NCBI GenBank assembly: GCA_049325335.1
Contig: JBMOMC010000042.1
Coordinates: 1 to 56,063 of the forward strand
Reading direction: 5' to 3'
DNA: 56,063 nucleotides
Source: Nitrospirota bacterium
GTDB lineage: Bacteria; Nitrospirota; Nitrospiria; 2-01-FULL-66-17
The notes under the pieces were generated by a model. That model made no database searches. It saw only the letters and a list, made by a program, of their open reading frames with translations, and was not told the DNA's origin. The translations under genes were made by a program, and so were the position numbers. Below, piece by piece: positions 48,965 to 56,063 of the stretch. Positions within the stretch are counted from its first letter, which is position 1. Every line of letters starts with the position of its first letter.

Positions 48965-49004
48965 TCTCGTTCCCCGACTCGCCGGTTCCCCGGTTCGCCG
49001 GCTC
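48965..49004. repeat. Degenerate 8-nt tandem repeat (SCCGGTTC-like, 4-5 units)
   Basis: cCCGACTC gCCGGTTC cCCGGTTC gCCGGCTC at period 8 between rpsN and rpsH. Confidence 0.7.
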
Positions 49005-49014
49005 CGCGCTTTAC

Positions 49015-49200
49015 CTACCAACTCGACTTGACCACGCCGGGAATATCCCCGCGCAGACTGAAGTTGCGGAAACAGATGCGGCACATCGCGAACTTCCGGA
49101 TGTACCCGCGCACCCGCCCGCAGGATTTGCACCGATGGTACTGCCGCACCGCGAACTTCTGCGGTTGCTGAGCCTTATTGATGAGTGCCGTACGCGCCAT
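49015..49200 (-). CDS. rpsN: 30S ribosomal protein S14 (type Z, zinc-binding)
   Basis: 61 aa; [20 protein letters not shown]. Confidence 0.99.
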   Translation of the reverse strand: MARTALINKAQQPQKFAVRQYHRCKSCGRVRGYIRKFAMCRICFRNFSLRGDIPGVVKSSW

Positions 49201-49232
49201 AGTCAGAGTCCGATAGTCGCCCAGGTGGTGGT

Positions 49233-49796
49233 TTAGTTCCGAAACGGCATCCCCAGATGCTTGAGCAAGGCTTTCGCCTCCGCGTCGGTGTTCGCGGTCG
49301 TCACGATCGTGATATCCAAACCGTGGATCGCGCTAATCTCGTCGTACTTGATCTCGGGGAAGATAAGCTGTTCCTTCAACCCGAGCGTATAGTTGCCGCG
49401 GCCGTCGAACGATCGACCGAGCACGCCGCGAAAGTCGCGAATCCTCGGGAGCGACACGTGCAGCAGCCGATCCAAAAACTCCCACATCCGCGCGCCGCGC
49501 ATGGTGACCTTGCACCCGATCGACATGCCTTCGCGCAGCTTGAACCCGGCGATGGATTTGCGGGCCTTGGTGATCATGGGACGTTGACCCGTGATTTGGC
49601 CAATTTCGCCGGCCGCCGCTTCCAACAGCTTGGCGTTCGACGTCGCCTCGCCCATGCCCACGTTCACGACGACTTTCTGCACCCGCGGAACCTGCATCGG
49701 GTTGCGATACGTAAATTCCTTCATCAACAGCGGCACCACCTCCTGACGATACCGATCTCGGAGGGGCGTCACCTCGGTGGTCGATGCCTTGGCCAT
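49233..49796 (-). CDS. rplE: 50S ribosomal protein L5
   Basis: [32 protein letters not shown]. Confidence 0.99.
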   Translation of the reverse strand: MAKASTTEVTPLRDRYRQEVVPLLMKEFTYRNPMQVPRVQKVVVNVGMGEATSNAKLLEAAAGEIGQITGQRPMITKARKSIAGFKLREGMSIGCKVTMRGARMWEFLDRLLHVSLPRIRDFRGVLGRSFDGRGNYTLGLKEQLIFPEIKYDEISAIHGLDITIVTTANTDAEAKALLKHLGMPFRN

Positions 49797-49799
49797 TCC

Positions 49800-50159
49800 T
49801 TATCCCTTATCCACGATCTCGCCGCATTCCTTGCAACGGCGAAGGCGGCGCCCGCCGTCCAAGAGCGCAACGGCCATCCGCGCGGGTTTCGCGCAATGCG
49901 GGCACACCACCATGACTTTACCCAACGCCAACGCCCCCTCTTTCTCGATAATCCCGCCCTTGTTCTCGCGGGAGGGTTTGGTGTGGCGTTTGATGAGATT
50001 CAATTTCTCGACCACGACCTTGGATTGCGCCGGCATCACGTGCAACACCTTGCCCTGTTTGCCGCGTTCCTTGCCGGCCAGCACCATTACGGTGTCGCCC
50101 TTTTTGATCCGCGCCTTCCTGGGCGTGGTGTCCGTCGTTTTTAAGCTCATTCGTATCAT
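49800..50159 (-). CDS. rplX: 50S ribosomal protein L24
   Basis: IKKGDTV..LAGKERGKQG KOW motif, GGIIEKE. Confidence 0.98.
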   Translation of the reverse strand: MIRMSLKTTDTTPRKARIKKGDTVMVLAGKERGKQGKVLHVMPAQSKVVVEKLNLIKRHTKPSRENKGGIIEKEGALALGKVMVVCPHCAKPARMAVALLDGGRRLRRCKECGEIVDKG

Positions 50160-50179
50160 CGTGTGTCCAATACCGGGCT

Positions 50180-50548
50180 CTACAACACCTCAGGGGCCAA
50201 CGAAATGATTTTCATGAATTTTTTCCACCGCAGTTCGCGCGCCACCGGACCGAAGATACGGGTCCCGATCGGTTCACCCTGCGCGTTGATCAGCACCGCG
50301 GCGTTGCGGTCAAACCGGATGTACGACCCGTCGTCGCGCCGCACGCTCCGCACGGTCCGCACCACCACGGCGTTACACACCTCCCCCTTCTTCACGCTGC
50401 CTTGGGGAATGGCTTCTTTGACCGCGACCTTGATCACGTCGCCGATCGTGGCGTACCGCCGTTTGGACCCGCCGAAGACGTGAAAACACATCACCTTCTT
50501 CGCGCCGGAATTGTCGGCGACATCCAGCATGGTGTAGATCTGAATCAT
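50180..50548 (-). CDS. rplN: 50S ribosomal protein L14
   Basis: [27 protein letters not shown]. Confidence 0.99.
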   Translation of the reverse strand: MIQIYTMLDVADNSGAKKVMCFHVFGGSKRRYATIGDVIKVAVKEAIPQGSVKKGEVCNAVVVRTVRSVRRDDGSYIRFDRNAAVLINAQGEPIGTRIFGPVARELRWKKFMKIISLAPEVL

Positions 50549-50874
50549 GACGCCACCGACTCCTGGACGGGTTTGGCCGCGGCCGTGGCCCGCTCAACAA
50601 TCGACACCACCCGCCACCGCTTACGTTTGGACAGCGGTCTGGTCTCCACCAAACGCACCACGTCGCCCAACCCGCACTGACGATCGTCATGCGCCATGTA
50701 CCGCGTGCTGCGCCGCACGACCTTTTTATATTGCGGGTGGGTGATGGTCCATTCCACCTGCACCACCACGGTGTGGTGCATCTTGGCGCTGACCACCAGC
50801 CCCGTGACGGAACGCGGCCCCTTCAAGGCCCCGGTGCGTTTGGCTGTCGTGTCGGCCGTCGTCATCGCACTCAC
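50545..50874 (-). CDS. rpsQ: 30S ribosomal protein S17
   Basis: G.VVS.KM, HPQYKK, AHD, ETRPLSK.KRW. Confidence 0.98.
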   Translation of the reverse strand: MSAMTTADTTAKRTGALKGPRSVTGLVVSAKMHHTVVVQVEWTITHPQYKKVVRRSTRYMAHDDRQCGLGDVVRLVETRPLSKRKRWRVVSIVERATAAAKPVQESVAS

Positions 50875-51071
50875 TTGGCGCCGGCTCGCGCGGTCTCACG
50901 GGCCACGGTTTTGGCCCGGGCGATCTCACGCCGAACGGTTTGAAACCGGGCGGGGCTCTCGACCCGGCCGGTCGCGTTCTGCACGCGAAGGTGGAACAAC
51001 TCTTTTTTCAGCTCGCGCTCTTTTTGTGCGAGTTCATCCTTTGACAATCCCCGAAAATCCTTGACAGCCAC
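50871..51071 (-). CDS. rpmC: 50S ribosomal protein L29
   Basis: ELFHLR, VRREIAR. Confidence 0.98.
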   Translation of the reverse strand: MAVKDFRGLSKDELAQKERELKKELFHLRVQNATGRVESPARFQTVRREIARAKTVARETARAGAK

Positions 51072-51073
51072 GG

Positions 51074-51490
51074 CTACACCTCGGTTCCGCGTTCAATAAA
51101 TTTCGTGGCGATCGGCAGCTTAAACGCCGCCAATCTGAACGCGGCCTTGGCCACGTCGGGCGTCACGCCCTCCATCTCGTAAATGATCCGACCCGGCTTG
51201 ACCACGCACACCCACAACTCCGGGTTCCCCTTGCCTTTTCCCATCCGCGTTTCCGCCGGCTTCTTGCTGATGGGCTTGTCCGGGAAGACGCGGATCCAAA
51301 TCCGACCGCCGCGCTTGACGTACCGCGTCATCGCGATACGCGCGGCCTCGATCTGGCGCGCGGTGACCCATCCGGGCTCCATGGCTTTGAGCCCGAAGTC
51401 CCCGAACGACAGTTCCGCCCCGCGATAGGCCTTGCCGGTCATCCGGCCTTTCTGCATCTTGCGATATTTGACCTTCTTCGGGCTAAGCAT
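51074..51490 (-). CDS. rplP: 50S ribosomal protein L16
   Basis: [20 protein letters not shown]. Confidence 0.99.
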   Translation of the reverse strand: MLSPKKVKYRKMQKGRMTGKAYRGAELSFGDFGLKAMEPGWVTARQIEAARIAMTRYVKRGGRIWIRVFPDKPISKKPAETRMGKGKGNPELWVCVVKPGRIIYEMEGVTPDVAKAAFRLAAFKLPIATKFIERGTEV

Positions 51491-52163
51491 GCGCCTTCAC
51501 TCCCCGCTCATCGGCCCCGGCGACGCCGGACCCGGCTCCGGGCACGCCTTCGCCGCGATAGATCCATACCTTGACGCCGATCTGGCCGTACGTGGTTTTG
51601 GCTTCGGCCAGACCGTAGTCGATGTCGGCGCGGAGCGTGTGCAGCGGCACTCGGCCTTCGCGATACCACTCGGTCCGCGCGATTTCCGCTCCGCCCAACC
51701 GACCCGCGCACATGACCTTGATCCCCTTGGCGCCCAGGCGCAGCGCGGACACCACGGCCTTTTTCATGGCCCGACGAAACGCGATGCGCTTTTCCAACTG
51801 CAGGGCGATGTTTTCGGCCACCAACTGCGCGTCCACTTCCGGCTTCTTGATCTCGCGGATATTGATCGCGACCTGGCGCTTGGTCAGGGCTTCGATCTCG
51901 GCCTTGAGTTTATCGACCTCGGCGCCCTTGCGGCCGATGATGATGCCGGGACGCGAGGTATGCAGGTTGATCCGCAGATGATTCCCGGAGCGTTCCAACT
52001 CGATCCGGGCGATACCCGCGTGATAGAGCTTGGCCTTGACGATTTTGCGCACCTTGAGATCTTCGTGCAGGAGCGGCGCGTAGTCCTTGCCCGCGAACCA
52101 GCGCGAGTTCCACGATTTGATGTATCCCAACCGGAATCCGATCGGGTGAACCTTATGCCCCAC
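51483..52163 (-). CDS. rpsC: 30S ribosomal protein S3
   Basis: [34 protein letters not shown]; start GTG 52163. Confidence 0.98.
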   Translation of the reverse strand: MGHKVHPIGFRLGYIKSWNSRWFAGKDYAPLLHEDLKVRKIVKAKLYHAGIARIELERSGNHLRINLHTSRPGIIIGRKGAEVDKLKAEIEALTKRQVAINIREIKKPEVDAQLVAENIALQLEKRIAFRRAMKKAVVSALRLGAKGIKVMCAGRLGGAEIARTEWYREGRVPLHTLRADIDYGLAEAKTTYGQIGVKVWIYRGEGVPGAGSGVAGADERGVKAHA

Positions 52164-52548
52164 GGTGTTCGGCTCCCTTCGCCGCGGCCACCGCCACACG
52201 CCGCGTCGAACGCGGTTTGGGCGTGACCACCACGGTAATATGACTCATGCGTTTATGAATCGCGTGCGAGCGCCCTTGCGGCGCCGGCTGAACCCGCTTG
52301 AGGGTCGGCCCCTGATCGACGAACGCGCGACTCACCACCAAATCGTCCACGTCGCCGATCTCGCGATTCTCCGCGTTCGCGATCGCGGAACGCAGCACCT
52401 TCTCCACCACCCGCGCCGCGCCGCGCGCCGTAAATTTGAGCGCGGAGAGCGCGTCGCCGGCGCGCTTGCCGCGGATCACATCCACCACGATCCTCGCTTT
52501 ACGCGGCGCGATCCGTACGAACTTGAGTACCGCCTTTGCTTCCGCCAT
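52153..52548 (-). CDS. rplV: 50S ribosomal protein L22
   Basis: [25 protein letters not shown]. Confidence 0.98.
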   Translation of the reverse strand: MAEAKAVLKFVRIAPRKARIVVDVIRGKRAGDALSALKFTARGAARVVEKVLRSAIANAENREIGDVDDLVVSRAFVDQGPTLKRVQPAPQGRSHAIHKRMSHITVVVTPKPRSTRRVAVAAAKGAEHRGA

Positions 52549-52591
52549 GTCTCCGACCGCCCCCTCTCCCCCGACGCGTCCGCAATCCGCC

Positions 52592-52879
52592 TTACTTGAG
52601 CGCGGCTGACTTCTCGGTCTTAGCCGCGCCGTGTCCCTTGAACAGACGGGTGGGCGAAAATTCCCCGAGCTTGTGGCCGACCAGATTTTCCGTCACATAC
52701 ACCGGGATAAACTTTTTCCCATTGTGTACCGCCAACGTATGTCCCAACATTTCCGGAACAATCGTCGAGCGGCGCGACCAGGTCTTGACGATTTTCTTCT
52801 CCTTGGCCATGTTCATCTTTTCGATTTTGGCCATCAGGCTCGCGTCGACAAACGGACCTTTTTTCACCGATCGTGGCAT
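52592..52879 (-). CDS. rpsS: 30S ribosomal protein S19
   Basis: [26 protein letters not shown]. Confidence 0.99.
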   Translation of the reverse strand: MPRSVKKGPFVDASLMAKIEKMNMAKEKKIVKTWSRRSTIVPEMLGHTLAVHNGKKFIPVYVTENLVGHKLGEFSPTRLFKGHGAAKTEKSAALK

Positions 52880-52884
52880 CGCGT

Positions 52885-53709
52885 CTACTTCCTCTTCTTA
52901 ATGATGAACCGCGTCGTATCCTTGCGCCGTCGCGTTTTAAATCCCTTGGTCAACATGCCCCAGGGGCTCACCGGATGGGGGTTGCCTTGTCCGGCTTTGC
53001 CTTCGCCGCCGCCGTGCGGGTGATCGACCGGATTCATGGCCACGCCGCGCACCTTGGGCCGCCGTCCCAACCAACGCGAACGCCCGGCCTTCCCGATCGA
53101 CACGTTCTCGTGATCGAGATTGCCGACCTGCCCCACCGTGGCCATGCAGGCGGCGTTGATCAAGCGGACTTCACCAGACCCCAACCGCACCTGAGCGTAC
53201 CGTTCGTCCTTCGCCATCAACTGCGCGACCGCACCCGCGCTTCGCGCGAGTTGCCCCCCCTTGCCGGGGCGCATCTCGATGTTGTGGATCTGCGTGCCCA
53301 CCGTGATTTTGGTTAACGGAAGCGCATTGCCCACGCGGATCTCCGCGTTGGGACCGGACAACACGGTTTCGCCCACGATCAAGCCCTGCGGCGCGAGGAT
53401 GTAACGCTTCTCGCCGTCGCGGTAGTGCAACAAGGCAATCCGGGCCGAGCGGTTGGGATCGTACTCGATCGCCGCCACCTTCGCCGGAATATCGACCTTC
53501 TCGCGCTTAAAGTCGATGAGGCGCAGCGCGCGCTTGTGGCCGCCGCCACGGTGCCGAACCGTCATCTTACCGACGTTGTTGCGGCCGCCTGACGGAGGTC
53601 GGGAGACGATCAGGGACTTCTCCGGACGCCGCTTGGTGATCTCCTCGAACGTGGAACACGTCTTGGAGCGCAGGCCCGGCGAAGTCGGCTTATAATCTCG
53701 TACCGCCAT
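52885..53709 (-). CDS. rplB: 50S ribosomal protein L2
   Basis: [25 protein letters not shown]. Confidence 0.99.
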   Translation of the reverse strand: MAVRDYKPTSPGLRSKTCSTFEEITKRRPEKSLIVSRPPSGGRNNVGKMTVRHRGGGHKRALRLIDFKREKVDIPAKVAAIEYDPNRSARIALLHYRDGEKRYILAPQGLIVGETVLSGPNAEIRVGNALPLTKITVGTQIHNIEMRPGKGGQLARSAGAVAQLMAKDERYAQVRLGSGEVRLINAACMATVGQVGNLDHENVSIGKAGRSRWLGRRPKVRGVAMNPVDHPHGGGEGKAGQGNPHPVSPWGMLTKGFKTRRRKDTTRFIIKKRK

Positions 53710-53712
53710 GCC

Positions 53713-54072
53713 TTACCCTCCCTCGAACATGTCGAGCTTTTGATCCGGCTTCAACGTCACGATGCCTTTTTTCCAAGACGGACGCCGGCCCTCGAATCGC
53801 CCGAGGCGCTTCATTTTGCCGCCGACGTTGACGATGTTAACGGATTCGACCTTGACCTTGAGCGCTTCTTCCACCGCTTTCTTCACTTCCGACTTGTTGG
53901 CGCGCGAGGAGACGATAAACGAGATCTGGTTGTGCGCCTCTCTCAGCCGCGTGCTCTTTTCCGTGAGTAAGGGCGCGATCAGAATATCGTGCGGATCCAC
54001 CTTGGTGGCGGAGCCTCCCGAGAGATTCGTTGTCTGGGACTGCGCCTTCCGAGTTTGCGCGCTCACGTCCAC
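53713..54072 (-). CDS. rplW: 50S ribosomal protein L23 (start uncertain: 54072, 54066 or 54000)
   Basis: PLLTEKS, ANK.EVK.AVE, WKKGIVTL. Confidence 0.96.
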   Translation of the reverse strand: MDVSAQTRKAQSQTTNLSGGSATKVDPHDILIAPLLTEKSTRLREAHNQISFIVSSRANKSEVKKAVEEALKVKVESVNIVNVGGKMKRLGRFEGRRPSWKKGIVTLKPDQKLDMFEGG

Positions 54073-54974
54073 GCCTCCGTCAACCGCCCTAAATCAGACT
54101 CCGTCAACACGATATGCTGATGCGCCAGCACGTCATAGACGTTCAATCCCGCCACGTCGAGCACGGTCACCCGACCGAGGTTCGCGCTGGCCCGCTGAAT
54201 CCACCCGTTGTCATCCCGGTGCACGATCAACACCCGGCCGTCCAACCCCAGGGTATCGAGCACGCCCGCCATGAGTTTGGTTTTCGGTTCGGCCAAGGCC
54301 AACTGGTCCAGCACGATCACTCCGTTTTGCATGAGCTTCGCGCTCATGGCCCCGGCCAATGCCGCCCGCCCCTTCTTGCGCGGAAACGCGTACCCGTACT
54401 CTCTCGGGGTGGGACCGAACACGGTACCGCCCTTTCGCCACAACGGCGATCGGACCGATCCGGCGCGCGCCCGCCCCGTGCCTTTTTGTTTCCAGGGCTT
54501 GCGTCCGGTCCCACTCACTTCGCCGCGCTCTTTGGTGTCCGCGGTGCCTTGCCGCCGCGACGCCAACTGCATGATCACCGCCTCATGAAGCAGCGCGGGG
54601 TTCGGCTCAGAGGCAAACAAAGCCCCGGTCAGCTCGACGCGCCCCACAGCTTCCCGCTTCACGTTCAACACATCCAGCACCCGCGCCCCCGATGCCGTCA
54701 CTTCCACCGGACGCAACGGAGCGTTCTCGGTTGCGCGCTTTTTCGGGGCGGCGGCCGCGGCTGGCTGCGATTTGGCCGCCGCGCGACGCGACGCGGCGCG
54801 GGGTGAACGAGGCGAGGAGGCTTTGGTCTTCTTGGATTTTGCCGCGGGCTTCGCGGCGGCCCGACGCCCCGTGCTCGACGCGGCCCGTTTGGTCTTGGAC
54901 GCGGCGGACGCGGGCTTGGCGGCTTTCTTCGCCTTGGATTTCCCCTTGTCGTCGCGACCCTTGCTCGGGCTCAT
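54063..54974 (-). CDS. rplD: 50S ribosomal protein L4 with long Lys/Ala/Arg/Ser-rich N-terminal extension
   Basis: [36 protein letters not shown] overlaps the rplC stop (ATGA). Confidence 0.97.
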   Translation of the reverse strand: MSPSKGRDDKGKSKAKKAAKPASAASKTKRAASSTGRRAAAKPAAKSKKTKASSPRSPRAASRRAAAKSQPAAAAAPKKRATENAPLRPVEVTASGARVLDVLNVKREAVGRVELTGALFASEPNPALLHEAVIMQLASRRQGTADTKERGEVSGTGRKPWKQKGTGRARAGSVRSPLWRKGGTVFGPTPREYGYAFPRKKGRAALAGAMSAKLMQNGVIVLDQLALAEPKTKLMAGVLDTLGLDGRVLIVHRDDNGWIQRASANLGRVTVLDVAGLNVYDVLAHQHIVLTESDLGRLTEAWT

Positions 54975-55609
54975 TTCGCGCTCCCTTGCGCGGCCACGCG
55001 GTGGATCTCCACCACGGAACCCGTGGGACCGGGCACGGCCCCGTGCACGAACACCAAATTCTCGTCCGCGCGCACGTCCACCACGTGAAGTCCCTTGACC
55101 GTCACCCGCTCCGCGCCCATGTGCCCGGGCAAACGTTTGCCCTTGAACACTCGCGACGGAAATGAGCTGGCCCCGATCGACCCCGGCTGGCGATGGAACA
55201 TGGAGCCGTGCGTTGCGGGTCCGCCGGCAAAATGGTGCCGCTTCATCACGCCGGCAAACCCTTTGCCTTTGGAGATGCCGCTCACGGAGACCCTCTCGCC
55301 TTTTTGGAACGTCTCCGCGGTCAGGGTCTGGCCCACTTCAACGCCTTCTCCGTCGGTCGAAAATTCCCGCAGATGGTACATCGGAGGCACGTTCGCCTTC
55401 TTGAAATGTCCGGCCACCGGTTTATTGACCCGTTGCTCCCGCTTCGGACTAAACGCCAGTTGCACGGCCTGGTACCCGTCGGTCTTCTGCGTCTTGATCT
55501 GGACCACGCGACAGGGACCGGCCTCAACCACGGTCACGGGGATCAGGCGGCCGTCCTCCCCATAGATCTGGGTCATGCCGAGTTTACGGCCGAGCAAACC
55601 GCCAATCAC
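54971..55609 (-). CDS. rplC: 50S ribosomal protein L3
   Basis: [31 protein letters not shown]. Confidence 0.99.
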   Translation of the reverse strand: MIGGLLGRKLGMTQIYGEDGRLIPVTVVEAGPCRVVQIKTQKTDGYQAVQLAFSPKREQRVNKPVAGHFKKANVPPMYHLREFSTDGEGVEVGQTLTAETFQKGERVSVSGISKGKGFAGVMKRHHFAGGPATHGSMFHRQPGSIGASSFPSRVFKGKRLPGHMGAERVTVKGLHVVDVRADENLVFVHGAVPGPTGSVVEIHRVAAQGSAK

Positions 55610-55920
55610 AGTTTGATCTCCACGTGCACGCCGGCCGCGAGGTTGAGTTTCATCAACGCATCTACGGTTTCCGGCGAGGACTCCATAATATCGATCAGCC
55701 GTTTATGGGTCCGGATTTCAAATTGCTCCCGAGACTTTTTGTCCACGTGCGGAGAACGCAGCACGGTATACCGATTGATCCGGGTCGGCAACGGCACCGG
55801 GCCTGAAATCTTGGCGCCCGTCCGTTTCGCGGTTTCCACGATCTCGACCACGGACTGGTCGAGCACCCGGTAATCGTAGCCCTTCAAACGAATTCGAATT
55901 TTTTGACTCGCGGCAACCAT
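55606..55920 (-). CDS. rpsJ: 30S ribosomal protein S10
   Basis: [33 protein letters not shown]. Confidence 0.99.
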   Translation of the reverse strand: MVAASQKIRIRLKGYDYRVLDQSVVEIVETAKRTGAKISGPVPLPTRINRYTVLRSPHVDKKSREQFEIRTHKRLIDIMESSPETVDALMKLNLAAGVHVEIKL

Positions 55921-55939
55921 TGCTGATTCCTTAACGCTC

Positions 55940-56063
55940 CTAGGCGGTGATACTGGTGATGACGCCGGCGCCTACGGTGCGGCCGCCCTCGCGGATCGCA
56001 AACCGCAACCCCTCTTCCATCGCGATCGGCGTGATCAGGTCCACGTCCATCCGCACGTTGTCC
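55940..56063 (-). CDS. tuf: Elongation factor Tu, C-terminal fragment (runs off the right edge)
   Basis: Manual translation [44 protein letters not shown]. Confidence 0.97.
   Translation of the reverse strand, partial: DNVRMDVDLITPIAMEEGLRFAIREGGRTVGAGVITSITA

Overview
GC-rich bacterial chromosomal window; protein sequences and gene order suggest Nitrospirota, which is an inference. It is mostly housekeeping genes on the minus strand. From right to left: the 3' end of tuf and the complete S10-spc-alpha ribosomal superoperon (rpsJ to rplQ, with secY, adk, map, infA, rpoA); bolA-grxD; hemA-hemC-cobA/hemD-hemB; ribF-tilS-hpt-ftsH-folP-cdaA; and ribD. Next is a plus-strand block (OmpA lipoprotein, PP2C phosphatase, UPF0182, degenerate sigma54-type activator, MoxR-DUF58-TgpA). 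Then come an alpha/beta hydrolase, cytochrome c plus sulfite-oxidase-family Mo enzyme, a histidine-phosphatase/6-phosphofructokinase fusion, a small MerR-like HTH gene with pilMNOPQ, and fused aroK-aroB. At the left end is an accessory locus: an 1188-aa secreted transglutaminase-like protein with a low-GC hydrophobic C-terminal tip and an overlapping low-GC membrane protein gene, the best candidate for an undescribed polymorphic toxin/immunity system. Other notable items are a Sul-like two-residue insertion in the chromosomal FolP, a histone-H1-like extension on ribosomal protein L4, GTAG REP-like palindromes supplying stop codons of rpsM and infA, 8-nt tandem repeats in r-protein spacers, and several apparently leaderless promoters. 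No rRNA, tRNA, CRISPR array or transposase was seen. All calls come from reading the sequence; no database searches were run.
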